Shown piece by piece: positions 26,484-38,900 of a stretch of DNA of 64,000 bases (the first letter of the stretch is position 1; every line of letters starts with the position of its first letter). The stretch is from a virus: IMG/VR virus record IMGVR_UViG_3300035670_000089, positions 1 to 64,000 of that record; one strand, given 5' to 3'. The translations under genes and the position numbers were made by a program. The notes beneath the pieces are model-generated. The model ran no database searches, was not told where the DNA came from, and saw only the letters and a program-made list of their open reading frames with translations.

Positions 26484-27062
26484 ATGAAGAAACCAATAAT
26501 AAAGATCTGTAAGTATGAAGAACTGGTTAGCAGGAAGTACAGCGACGACGAAGCTGTTATAATAATTTCCAGTTCTCTAAGTGAAGTCGAGGAAGTAAAG
26601 GGTATAGCCGAGCTTATCCTTCTACTTCTTTTTTCTGAAGAAGAAAATTATCTTTTGAGTACCAAAGGGGAAGAGATAGAAGAAGAGGAGGATATAGAAG
26701 AGAAGACGAGTATCGGTAGTCAATGCAGTCTAGAAGAGATAGAAGGCGTTGTTGACTTCGCTAACGCCATAGATGACTACCGAATTATCTTTATCTCCGA
26801 CCCGGGTGACCTCTCCCGCTCTTGGAATATCGCTCTAGGTCTAAACTACCTGTATACACATAACATTCGAGAAGCGTTGTCCTTAACTGTAAGGGAGCGC
26901 CCGGAGGTAAGACCCACGAAGATATGGCCCGCTATGTTATTCGATGAATTCTTCAAACTAAACAACCGTCTTGTACAAGAAGTAGATGACTATTTCGTTA
27001 CGGGTATGGTAATAGACTCTAAAGGAAATGTCATTCACAGTAAATGGTTTGATTTAGACTAG
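26484..27062 (+). CDS. Protein-tyrosine-phosphatase-like fold, no catalytic Cys
   Basis: AVIIIS...IIFISDPGDLSRSWNIAL...RPEVRP resembles the layout of small phage PTP-like proteins (HCxAGxSRS...RPxxxPN) but lacks His-Cys. Confidence 0.4.
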   Translation: MKKPIIKICKYEELVSRKYSDDEAVIIISSSLSEVEEVKGIAELILLLLFSEEENYLLSTKGEEIEEEEDIEEKTSIGSQCSLEEIEGVVDFANAIDDYRIIFISDPGDLSRSWNIALGLNYLYTHNIREALSLTVRERPEVRPTKIWPAMLFDEFFKLNNRLVQEVDDYFVTGMVIDSKGNVIHSKWFDLD

Positions 27063-27090
27063 GTTTAGAAAACCCTAAATTGCAAATACC

Positions 27091-28410
27091 ATGATTAAAA
27101 GATTCGTTCTGGACACAAACGTATTGCTAAACGATGTGGAAGCGATGTATAGATTTAGGGAACATGAGGTACATATACCCTACATCGTGTTAGAAGAGAT
27201 AGAGTCAAAGAAGAACGAACCTGGTGTAATTGGAGCTAATAGTAGAGAGTTCAGTAGAGTACTCTTAAAGTTACTGGAGGGTAGTGCAGACAGACCGGCG
27301 GACAGCACTGGGGATATAATCATCGGTGAAGATTATGCGCCGCCGTTAGTCGACCCCAAGTTACGAGTATCTAAAGGCGACGACCGGATTTTAAACTACT
27401 GTCTTGGTATCATAGACCTCAACCCTATATTGATAACAAAGGATCGTTATCTCCGGATAAAAGCTAAAATATTTGGTGTCCAGACCGAGGACTATCTCTA
27501 CGATAAAGTTAGAGAGGTATACACCGGGCACATTGAGTTACACACGGAAAGTGGAATAATCAACGAACTCCACCGCAACGGTTTTATAGATGTTGAGGAT
27601 AAATTACATCCCAACACCTGTGTAACCCTGGTGGATGAGATTAACCCTAACCACACCGCTCTCTGTATTTATCAAACGGGTAGTCTTAAAAAACTTACTA
27701 ACCCCGACAATAAGGTATACGGGATATACCCGCTAAACGCAGAACAGAAGTTTGCATTAGAGTTATTGTTAAACCCTGAGATCCATCTGGTATCGATTAC
27801 GGGTTCTACTGGGAGTGGAAAGAGTTTAATCTCTGTCGCCGCGGCATTACAACAGGTAGAGTCCAAAGGGTATCACCAACTCTTAATCACGCGGGCGGAA
27901 GTAGCCGTCGGAGAGAAACAAGGCTTTCTACCCGGGGGTATACAAGAGAAGACCGACCCGTGGTTAGAAGGGCTATACGGGTGTATAAACCAACTGTGCA
28001 AGCACAAGCCTGGGGATAAAAATGACTTCAAACCCCACGAGATGTTTGTCGGGAGAGGTATCGTTAAGCCAGCCCCTATTCAATATGTACGAGGTGTAAC
28101 CTGGGATAACAGTATAATTGTTATCGACGAGGCGCAGAACTTACATATCAATGAATTAAAGACTCTTATAACGAGAGCGGGTAAAGGAACTCCTCCCTCG
28201 AAAGTAATTCTTTTAGGGGACGTTAAGCAGATAGACCTTAAGATTAAATACTTGGATCAAGAGAACAACGGTCTATCCCAATGTATAGAGCGCTTTAAAG
28301 GTTGGAGACGGTACGGACATATAACTTTAACGAAGACCGTGCGCTCCGAGTTGGCGGAAGAAGCTGAGAAACGTCTCCACATTTCCCCATCGATGAACTT
28401 ACTACCTTAG
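27091..28410 (+). CDS. phoH: PIN-PhoH protein (PhoH2/YlaK type)
   Basis: PIN motifs FVLDTNVLL, DDRIL and TKDRYLRIKA; PhoH motifs NAEQ, GSTGSGKS, GFLPG, RGVT, IDEAQN, GDVKQID and RSELA. Confidence 0.93.
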   Translation: MIKRFVLDTNVLLNDVEAMYRFREHEVHIPYIVLEEIESKKNEPGVIGANSREFSRVLLKLLEGSADRPADSTGDIIIGEDYAPPLVDPKLRVSKGDDRILNYCLGIIDLNPILITKDRYLRIKAKIFGVQTEDYLYDKVREVYTGHIELHTESGIINELHRNGFIDVEDKLHPNTCVTLVDEINPNHTALCIYQTGSLKKLTNPDNKVYGIYPLNAEQKFALELLLNPEIHLVSITGSTGSGKSLISVAAALQQVESKGYHQLLITRAEVAVGEKQGFLPGGIQEKTDPWLEGLYGCINQLCKHKPGDKNDFKPHEMFVGRGIVKPAPIQYVRGVTWDNSIIVIDEAQNLHINELKTLITRAGKGTPPSKVILLGDVKQIDLKIKYLDQENNGLSQCIERFKGWRRYGHITLTKTVRSELAEEAEKRLHISPSMNLLP

Positions 28411-28422
28411 ACCCCTAGAGTC

Positions 28423-28437
28423 GCTGAAGACTTCAGC
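28423..28437. promoter_or_regulatory. Palindrome GCTGAAGACTTCAGC (copy 2)
   Basis: Intergenic and identical to 9731-9745. Confidence 0.4.
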
Positions 28438-28460
28438 AACTGAGTAATGGAGACATAATC

Positions 28461-28661
28461 ATGAACGAATCTTACTATAAACCTTACGTATTTATATACG
28501 GGGCTAGATATTATTTAGTAAAGGTAAAGAAAGAGAGCGGTAGATTCTATCTGATCTTGTCCTTCGACAAGGACAAAGGGATGGAACTACCCTACGAAAA
28601 GTACAAGAAGACTATGGCGATTATTAAAAGAGCGCCAGAGGATTGTTTACAGTTTATTTAG
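28461..28661 (+). CDS. Hypothetical protein
   Basis: GGAG RBS, 66 aa. Confidence 0.6.
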   Translation: MNESYYKPYVFIYGARYYLVKVKKESGRFYLILSFDKDKGMELPYEKYKKTMAIIKRAPEDCLQFI

Positions 28662-28985
28662 TTTATCTGCATTAACGATAAACGAGTAAGTAGACACTAC
28701 ATTAGTGAGTAGAGCTTGAACCTGTTCAGGGGATAGTTCTACTGCCGGGTCTACTTGAGTAATTACTTCTTTAATTAGGTCAGAGGCTTCTTCTTCTACT
28801 TGTGCCGCTGTATAATCTCGAAGCCACTTAAGCACAAGGTTATCGGTATCGATACGCTCCAGGATATAGGGAGTATATTTTTTGTATGCCAAGCCACTTA
28901 GATATACAACCAAAGGCTCCAGGGCGCCCTTCATGAAAAAGAGTCGGGCAGTAAAGGATAATAAGGAAATCAGGAGAGTAACCAT
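28647..28985 (-). CDS. Hypothetical protein with hydrophobic N-terminus
   Basis: ORF track; the start could be the internal Met (MKGALE). Confidence 0.55.
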   Translation of the reverse strand: MVTLLISLLSFTARLFFMKGALEPLVVYLSGLAYKKYTPYILERIDTDNLVLKWLRDYTAAQVEEEASDLIKEVITQVDPAVELSPEQVQALLTNVVSTYSFIVNADKLNKL

Positions 28986-29223
28986 AGATATACCGCAGTA
29001 TATATAAAATAGCCCGTAATCTCACACCATTCACATTAAGACTTTCATCCTAAGATAAATTACGGTACAAGTAGGAAACCACAAAAACTACTTTACTTAA
29101 TTTAAGGATCTCTTATGCCAAGGTACTTAACGAGTAATTATCCATGACGTGGTTCCCCTTCTGGATAACTTAAACGAGAGTTAATGGCGAACCCCCCGAC
29201 CTCATACCTACTTCCAGCTTAAT

Positions 29224-29343
29224 TCAAAATTTATCCTTACCTCTCGGCTCAAACGTATCCAAGTAAGCTAATACGAAAATAGTATAGAGAACAGGCGTAG
29301 AGATAAAGAAAACTAGAAATAATCCAACACTAAGTTCGACCAT
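29224..29343 (-). CDS. Possible 39-aa single-TM peptide (not in ORF track)
   Basis: Translation MVELSVGLFLVFFISTPVLYTIFVLAYLDTFEPRGKDKF. Confidence 0.35.
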   Translation of the reverse strand: MVELSVGLFLVFFISTPVLYTIFVLAYLDTFEPRGKDKF

Positions 29344-29423
29344 GGACTTAACCCAAAATTAGACTCATTCCTAACCTACTATATAATAGGTAGTACAAAG
29401 GTCTAACTTAGTGGTTTGATAAC

Positions 29424-29921
29424 ATGTCAGTAAATGCACTAGTTCTGTTAAGTACAATATCTCTTACTTTAGGAGTCGCCATGCCGATAAAAACAGAAGC
29501 GTTAGTGACGAGGGTAATAGATGGAGACACCATAGTGGTTAACTACGAAAAACAAAACAAAAAAACGAATGAGTTAAAGGTTAGGTTAGCCTGCATAGAC
29601 GCGGCGGAAATAAAACAACCGAAAGGGCTAGAGGCCAAAAAATATTTAGAACAAAGAGTATTGAAAAAGAAAATAAAATTACATATTTACGACTCAGATA
29701 TATACGGCAGAGCCATCGCAAAAGTCTATATAGGTGGAAAGTTAGTTAACCTAGACTTAGTACAGGCAGGATACGCCTGGGTATACGAGTCGTATCTAGA
29801 ACCCTGCAAAAAGGAGAAGGAAGCGTTAAGAAAAGGGCAGGCGGATGCACAAAAGAAAAAGTTAGGGATATGGAGTGCTAGAAAAGCTATAGCACCGTGG
29901 ATATGGCGACGGAAGCATTAG
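29424..29921 (+). CDS. Thermonuclease (SNase family) with signal/anchor sequence
   Basis: VIDGDT, VRLACIDAAE, DIYGRAIA, NLDLVQAGYAW, LGIW and PWIWR. Confidence 0.93.
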   Translation: MSVNALVLLSTISLTLGVAMPIKTEALVTRVIDGDTIVVNYEKQNKKTNELKVRLACIDAAEIKQPKGLEAKKYLEQRVLKKKIKLHIYDSDIYGRAIAKVYIGGKLVNLDLVQAGYAWVYESYLEPCKKEKEALRKGQADAQKKKLGIWSARKAIAPWIWRRKH

Positions 29922-32900
29922 AACTCTTGGGGTTGGAAACGACCCCATTGGTCTTTATTGTGGGAAGTTGAAGCATCCGCAGAAGACATCGAGGTTTCCA
30001 TAACTCCCATCTCCCACATAATAGGAGCAAAACCTCCCTGAGCCTTTTGGTAAAGCGCCGCCGCTTCATCATCCACTCTATTTATACGAATACTCGTCTG
30101 TTCAACTCCGCTCTCATCCTTATCTGTAATAACATCCGCGGTTCTCTTATACTCGGTTTGGACATAAGGAATATTGTTCGGGTCAGCCGAAGGATAGTTA
30201 GAAGCATTACCCGCATCAGACGGCGGCGGCACCGTTAATTTACCCTTAGGTCCTTTAGACTCCTCCACCCGCTTTTGGATATTCTTCTTAACCTTATCCA
30301 CAAACTGTTGCGCGTTTAGAATAACCTTTACATACTCCGCGGGTAACTTCGCCTCCGTCACAATAATACGGATACGTCTCTCAATCTCAGTTTTGACCTT
30401 CTCAGCCTCTCTCTGTATATCTATACCCTCATAGTCCTTAGGCTTGACTTCATACCCACTCTTCTCCTTACTACCCCATAAAACATCAGTTAATACACCT
30501 ACTAGTTCATTAACAATAGGAGATCTAGAACGAGAAGTAGTACCGCTCTGCCATAAAGGAGGTTTAGTATATGTAGGAGATTTTTCCTTCCGTTCTTTTA
30601 CGGGGTTACCTTCTCCCCATAGAGGAGTGCGGTTATTAACGTTACGCGGGGTATTGGTATCCCGGTCCCTCCATAAAGGCTCAACAGGTTTATTGACATT
30701 ATTAGGTTTCTCCTTAGAGGAGGAGCCAGGCGTATGAATACCCCATTGAGTCGTTGAAGGATTATCTCTATCCGTTTCGAGAATAGAGAAATCTTCAACG
30801 CGGGGTTTAGGTCCATCAGAAGGCTCAATAGCATTAGGTACACCCCTAACTGGATCATCCGGCCCTGTATGAATCCAACCATCAGGAGTTTGACCCGTGT
30901 ACCCCCCTGGGGACTTCCAATCTGCAGGAGCTTTACCGGTATACCCCCCAGGGGACTTCCACCCCTCAGGAGGTTTACCTGTATATCCTCCGGGGGATTT
31001 CCAATCTGCAGGAGGCTTACCTGTATATCCTCCGGGGGATTTCCAATCCGCGGGGGGTTTACCTGTGTACCCCCCAGGCGATTTCCAATCCGCGGGGGGT
31101 TTACCTGTCCATCCACCCTCTTTATTGGGAGGTCTACTCCCTGCTTGTCCCCATACGGGTCCACTCTTCTGTTCGGGACGACTACCTGCTTGTCCCCATA
31201 CGGGTCCTTGAGGTGGACCACTTCCTATTTCAGGTCTATGTCCAGGTTGACCCCATACCGGTGTCTTAATTTTGTATCTAGGGTCTAGTTGTACCGGTAG
31301 TTTAGTGTTGTATACAGAGTTAGGATCAGGTATAGCGGTAGAGTCTGTATAGATATCTTGAGGATCCCACTGCGCTACGATACGAGGTTTAGGGGTGGAC
31401 ATGACCGCAGACAACTCTTGAGAGTTAGGCACCATTTGTACCGGCATATCCGATACCCCTGCAGAGGCCATAAGATATTCACCCCTCTCTTCGGCTTTTA
31501 ATTTACTCTTTTGATTACGTTTAGGTTTCTCTTGTAAGATCTGTACTTCAAGTTTAGTAATCTTATTCTTCTTAATGAACTCATCTACAAGTTTAGTATG
31601 AGCTTTCTCTATAACACCTATACAACCAGCGGTACCGGCACCTCTACCTTCATCAGTATGTATACCTAAAGCAGACCGTTGAGTATTACCTTTAAAGAGG
31701 ATAGGGATAAATATACCCATCACAACGGGGTCAGTGGACATAAAGGATTGCCCAACAATATAATTACCGTCGGGTAAAGGAGCAAGTTTACCGGCGACAT
31801 GACGTTGCTTTGTGGTATCTGTTTGAGTACCTACCACTCCACTAACTGCCGGTACAGATCCCACGAGTTTATCTCCTTCCCACATCTCCAAGGCTAAAGG
31901 ATAAAAACCCGCGTATTTACCTTCACGAATTTGGTCCCCAGTACGCACTAATCGTAGGAAGCCCGTTTGGTTTTTAGGAGGTACTTTATTCTGAAAAGCT
32001 TTAGGTCTGACTAAACCTTCCCCTATCTCTCGGAACAGTATCTCGCCCTGCATTAAGAGATTTTCATAACTACTCCGGTTTAAAAGTGCATCGAAGTCTA
32101 CAGGACTAACCCGACGGTGCTTCCTCTTCGTACTCTCATCTCTTTGTCTTTTTTGTTGTCTATCGCGTGCATAAGCATCTCTGCCCTGTGTATAGATAAG
32201 ATTCTCAAGTTTATTGGAGGCGAGGAGAGTTTCGCCGTTGTAGACCGCTTCAGGAATTTCAGTAGTCGAAGTGACCTTACGTACGACATTGTCTTTCCTA
32301 GATTTATTTCGGTCAAAAGTTCGTTTAGCTTTACCCAATTCTCTCTCAACTTCTTGAGGCGAAAATTCAGCACCTAAAGCAGGTGGAGGAAAGAATATAT
32401 CTAACCCAGGAATATTTTCCGCAATCCGTCTTAAGACGCCGCGGTCGGAAGACTCTCGTACTCGAGGTTCTTGACCTTTAAAGAGTTTATGAACAACGTC
32501 GTAGTCGTACTCCCGGAACAATCTAAATACCGCGAATGTAAATTTACGCTCATCCTCAGTTAAACCATAATTCTCGGGCTTACCCCCAACTGTCTTAGAC
32601 GCATGAGTACCCATAGCGGAAGCGGACACTTCGTCTAAGAAACGTTCAAACACATACCGACTCGATTCCGCCGAGAAGTCCATCAATGCTTTAGTCTTAA
32701 GGTGATCCTTAACGCGGATGTCCGCCAACATCTCTATAAATTTAGTGGCTTCCGGTATACTCTCCTTACCGTACATACCTTGAACAGAACTAAGCGTGGA
32801 CAAGATAGCACTACTCACCGCGTTCTGTCTCTCTGGATCAGTGAGAACATCCATCAAAGTCTTGACGTTATATTCTTTTGCTACTGCTTCAGCGTATTTA

Positions 32901-35900
32901 CGAGGGTCTTGGATTTTAGTGAGTTTCTTACTACGTTGGTAGTTCTGGGCGTGTGTATACTCATGCACCACCGTATTGATGGTCTCCGGGATGTCAGCAG
33001 TATGGTTCACTCTCGGATTGATAACAATTTCGTTGTAGTAAGAACTGTAAGTCCCTGCACTATTAATTAGCTCATATTTAAGCTCTAGACCCGGAGTGTT
33101 ATAAAGTTTGTTAAGTCTCTTCTCCAACTTGTCCAAAGACTTACTGCTTACACCCTCTCGAGAGAATACAAGCTCTTCTAAAGCAGCCCCCGTCACCTGT
33201 CGTAAGAAGGGAATAGGAACCTGTTTTTGTTTTTTCGTTTTAGGGGTTCTAGCATCCGCTATAAGAATCGGCATCCCCATATCGGATACACCGGCAGACG
33301 CTACGAGTACTCCTCCATCAGTTTGAGCGCGGGCTAACGCTTTCGGTTCAGGACTGGGCGCATTAACGTACTTGTTATCTCTTTTTTCTTCTGGAAGTGT
33401 AGACTGTTTTGAAGAGGTATTTTTCTCTAGGTCTACAATAATAACAGGAACCTTATTATCCTTTATAAATTTGTAGACCTTATCCCGATTGGCTCTCTCC
33501 ACAATGCCAATACAACCTTCGGTGCCAGGTTTACCGTCATCCCAATGAATACCCAACGCACTTCTACTAGTAGGGAAATTAGGAGTGATCGGTAAAAATA
33601 ATCCACCTACATCCTTTTCATTACTACGGAAAGGAGTTCTAGCTAGGGTGTAGGAGCCATCGGGAAGAGGACGATGACTCCCAGCGACATCACGATTTCC
33701 TCTCTGATGCTCTGGACGCCCACTAACTGCGTCTACAGCACCTACCAACTTACCATTCTTCCACATCTGAAGAGAGTAAATAGGAGACCCATGTTGCGTC
33801 TTTCTATTGGTGGGTACTAAAGTCACCAAACTTGGGAACAACTTCGTGTCTAAGTCCAACCTCTGGTCGTATCGTCTTGTCTGCGTTTGAGATGTCTGTC
33901 GTGAATTTGTTCTCTGCTGCTGCTTAGGTTGTTGAGGTTTAGATCGTTGTTGCTTCTGTTTCTTAGATTGAGGGGTACTTAAAACGCGGTAAGACATATT
34001 TCTTATCTCACCCTGTTCGATAGGAGCTATCTTCTCAAAAGCCCCTGCAGATAAGTCAAACATTCTACGCGGAGTAAGCGGACCGTTATCGTTAACCCGT
34101 ACGACAACACTCTTTCCGTTATCGTCATTACGGATTTCTATCATCGTTCCGTAGGGGAACATCGGACGACCGTTTACCAATTTAGCCGCAACAGTCATAG
34201 CGGTGGGATCCATCTTCTCACCTGTGGCTGTGCCTTTACCAGCGAAGCCGTCTCCTCTACCGTAGTAGCTTGCTCTCTTATCAGTCTTTATCCAAGCAGG
34301 GCCGGAAGACTTCTGCTGTTTAGGTTGACTTTGAGGCGGTGTACTCTTACCCGGGGGTGAAGGAATTGGGGTTACTGGAATGTTAGGAGCAAAAGCTTCT
34401 TTAGGTCTACTCTGTTGAGACGCTGGAGCGGCATCTTGGAATCTATAGGTTCCAGGTTGCATACCAGCACCATGGAAAAATTCGTATACCGCTTCCCCTT
34501 TTGCGTTATATCCAATAATTTGTTGTCCCGAACGACCTTGTTTACCTACAGTGAAATATCCTCCGGGAATAACCGGAATAATGTAGTTAACGTTGGCACC
34601 CCCATCTGTACTGGATGTTTTAGCCTTACCGGTATACCTAGCTTTACCTTTAATAGGGACATAAAAGTCCATCGCAAAACGAGAACTATGTCCCCTATGT
34701 GCAACCTGCGCCGCGCGTATTTTCCTTAATTTCTCTTTAAAACTATCGGTAGAGCGGTAGACCACACCTCCTACAGCCCTATTAGAAAATTCTATTCTTC
34801 TCCCTTCCGCTTCATAACCTCGGGCAACCGCGTCCATTAACGCGACTCTCTGTTCATCAGACACCCCACCATAAATCTTAAAGTCAATATGATAAGGGTC
34901 ACCTCCGCCCCCGTGTATAGTCTTCATTGGAGTTTTATACGCGGAGCCATTACTTACTAAACCACCAACTGCTCCTCTAGAAGTACTGACCGAAGTCTGT
35001 TCCGCCATACGCTGAGATTGAGAACCACCTTTAGCAGTGTTCTTAGGAGCAGGGGGCGGAGTTTGAGGTTGTTTAACCTCTACGTTGGGCTTACCTCCTA
35101 GAAGAACAAAACCCACGTAAGGTCTAGAGTCGGTGTGAGCACCATTAATAATAGTCTCGAAGTGAAGGTGCGGTCCGGTAGAACCACCCGTAGATCCAAC
35201 TTGACCTATAGCAGAGCCTGCCTTCAAGGTAGACCCTACTTTTAAGAAAGCTTGGCCTCGCATATGCATGACTCTAAACTTCATGCCATTACCCGCATCT
35301 AATTCAGCCCAATACCCAGCGCCGCCCTCTTGATACCCTACTTTAGTGACAACCGTATCTTTCGTGAAGGAGATAAACATCCCATCGACGCCTTTCCCGC
35401 CAACTGAAGCAACATCTACCCCGCGGTGCATCTTCCGCTTACCGGATATAGGATGAACCCGCATCCCATACCCCGAATTAATATCTGAAGCTTTAACCTG
35501 GGTAGCTCCTTTTACTTGTACTCCGTCGGGAGAAGCTTCACTCCACATACCCCCTTTATCAAACACAAAATTCCCGCCACTCTCGGCATACCGCTGTCGA
35601 GTCGCGATTAAAGCCTCGATAGACTTCTCATAGGAGGTACTATGTCTATTTCCTCCAACACTGTCGTAAGCGCCCCGTCCGGATTTACCGTATTCAATCG
35701 AGGCCCACTCTAAAGCTAAAGCTTTCTGTGCCGCAACGATATCATCACTCTGTCCCGTTATATACTTCCAGATAGCGGGGCGTTTCCATTGGAGTAAAGA
35801 TACCGCCAACCGCATTTGAGTGTCTTCATTAAACGGAGTATTCGGGTCTATACCCGTATTCTTAACCGCCCCGGCTAAAGTAGACGGAATAAATTGATAC

Positions 35901-38900
35901 CGCCCTACCGCGAATACTTTTCCTTTACTCTGCGCCTCCATTATCTCCGCTAAAGTGGTCTCTTGTACCCTCTTACCGAAGACAGACTCCCAACTACTAT
36001 TCATAGAGTCTCCGGCTTTGCCTCGGTTAAAGGAACCCCAGTCTCCCTCTCCCGCCGAAATCATATTCAAGATGTCTGCAAACGTACCCCGGACATCCCC
36101 TTGGATAAGACCCATGAAGTCATTACCTGCTCGGAAAGCCGCTTGCATTCCGCCCGCAATCCGATCCGCTACCCCCTTAAAGAGTTTGGTCTTCGCTTCG
36201 TAAATAAATCTACTTGCTCCTGTTACCGCTTTCCACGCTAATCCGAAGAAGTCGAGAATACTCCGCCACGGCCCTTTCTCTCCTTTCAGTTTGTCCTCAT
36301 ATAACTTATACTCCTCCGCAAATGTAGACTTCTGCTTCTTCGCGTCTTGAGCCGCTTTATTTACCTTCTCTTTATCCTTACTACTCTTCTCCTCCTTCTC
36401 CAACTTGTTGACCTTACTAGGAAGTTTTACCTTAGTCTCTTTCTGTAATGAGGTCTCTTTAGACAACACCCCAGATAATAATTGCAGCGCGGGGTCGTTC
36501 GCCGGAGTATAAATAGTCTTATCCCCCAGCGCACCAGAAGTAACTCCGCTTCCTACTCCACTAACTCCTCCACCCACCGAACTAAGAGTTCTACCGCGTT
36601 GGGTCTGTACCCGTAGTCCAGACTGTTCTACAACCTTACGAGAAGTAAACGAGTTTCTCTTTTCAGCTTCAGTACTACGAAGGACAGCCAGAGAACCTAC
36701 ATACATCGCGGTGCCCACACCGAAACCCATCGAGAGCATTTGCTTCTGCTCTTCCCAGTCTTTCTGTTCCTCCGCCGTCCGTTTCCTCTTTAACCACCAC
36801 TTCTCATACGCCTTACCCCCAACATCCAAGGCTTGATTAGTAAGACTATAGATTCCATAAGCCATCAAAGCCACACTACCTAAAGTCCCTAAGGTAGCTA
36901 TAGCCGCGGCGCTTGAAGCGGCCATAGCGCCTAACCCCGCCATGGCAGCCCCAAAGGCTAAGCCTCCGAGAATACTCATACCAAAGTTCGTCGCTGTTTC
37001 TCCTGCGGACTTCCCACTTAATATATCGTCCGCTAACTGTAAACCGGTACCGAGAAGAGCCATAGCGCCGCCTTTACCTTTAAGGCCAAACTTCCCGGTG
37101 TCAGTCTTACCTACTCCAAACGTCCCTTCGACAATACCGCGCATACTAAACTCAGCGCGTAGTCCTTGCCCAAATCGTCCGAAGAATCCAGCTTGGCCTC
37201 CAACACCTACATTCCCAAACCGCGTATCCAGCTTGGAACCCCAAGTCTCTAACTTACCGCTACCTTCCCATACTCCTCTCCCTAAATTACTAGCAACCGT
37301 CTTTACTCCACTAACAGCTTTATCCGCCGCGCCTTTAGTCTTATCGATAATGGTGTCTAAGATAAGACCCTGGATATCTATACCCTGCGCGGTACCTCTA
37401 CGAACGTTACTCCACCGCTCTCTACGCCCCGCTGCTTTAGATTGTTTTTGTACCCGTACAAATCCCCCCGGAGCTTTCTTTCTTTGTGGGGGTTTAAAGC
37501 CCATTTCTACTTGTACGTCGAAGCCCGCGGCTTTCATCATGCGGTTATATGCAGCTTCAAAACCTTTATCCGGAGCTTCATGTGTATGAAGTCCTTTACC
37601 CACACTATTAACAGGGAACTCTTCATAAACCTCAGCCGCCGCGTTATACGCGCTAAGTTCATCTATAAAGCCGCCTGTAAGTTTACGGAACAGCCGGTCA
37701 TCTTCAATACTTAATTGCCCAGTCTCGGCTCTCTCCGCTAATTTATTTATTTGGGAGACTACATCCTGATTAGGTCTAGTGTAATTAGTTCCCTCTACCG
37801 TTTGTACGCCTAGAACCCCAACCGCATAGTGGTGGGAAGAAGATAGAGCGCCTCTATATACGTATTGCCGGCGCTGTTTACTCTCTAGACTTACTTCAAT
37901 AAAATCACTACGCAACTTATTTGTAAGAAGCGTCTCTTTTAGAAAACTTACATACTCTTTAGCGCTATCAAAGAAATCTGTTTTAGAGGTATACCTAGTG
38001 TTATACGCGTGAGCCTGTTCATGCACAAGCGTGTCTAGAATATCCAACGAAGTATCACCACGCGCGAGATTAACACTAACTACATGTCTTCGTGGGTCAT
38101 AGTACCCTTTATATGTAGATTTAGGGTCGCGTACAATCTCTAAAGTTGGAGCCTTCTCATGGGGGAACATCCGCTCAATCTGTTCGTTTGCGAATCTTAT
38201 CTCCTCCTCCTGCATAAAGGAATCTCCGCGGAAAACCATATCTGGCCTTTCCTCAAAATAGAACGAGGGTCCATTCCATAACCTATCCCACAACCCAACT
38301 TTTTGTTTTCTAACCCCGGCATTGCTTAAATCTACTCTTTGAGTGGCGGCCTCCCCTTTCAAGTTTTGAATATCGTTAGATTTTTGTAACGCGTTTAGCC
38401 TCTCATTGATATAATCCGCTTGAGCTAACTCTCTCGCAACTTTAGCTTCAACTTCTCCTGTGTTAGGCACTAAATCTGTATTTAAGGTCTCGTTGGCGCT
38501 CTGTCTTAATTTAGCCTCACGTTCTCTCAGAGAATCAAAACCATCTTCCCAAAGAAGGTCGTCATCTACAGACTCAATAAATATTCTGGCGCTGCGGGAT
38601 GCATCAGCCCCCGCGCGTAAGTCTTGGAGCATCCCAGCTTTACCCGCATAGACTAAATTGTGGTCTATAGGGCGTAAAGATTCAGAGGGAGGTTTAGAAG
38701 TCTCTGCATCCGGCTTAGATTGCGGCGTTGGTTTAGTTGGGGGTAAGGGCGGAGGTGTTGGTGTTGGTTTAGTTGGAGGTAGAGGTGGAGGTGTTGGTTT
38801 AGATGATTCCACCGTGGGTTTAGATACGGGTCCGGGACTCTCGGCTGTCGGTGTAGTCGGAGTTGGGGACTTACCGGAGCGTAAGTCTTCAAGTTCTTTA

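Noticed and set aside
28647-29343. Holin/lysis cassette
   Set aside because: Small hydrophobic ORFs are present, but there is no adjacent stand-alone endolysin or spanin motif to support the call.
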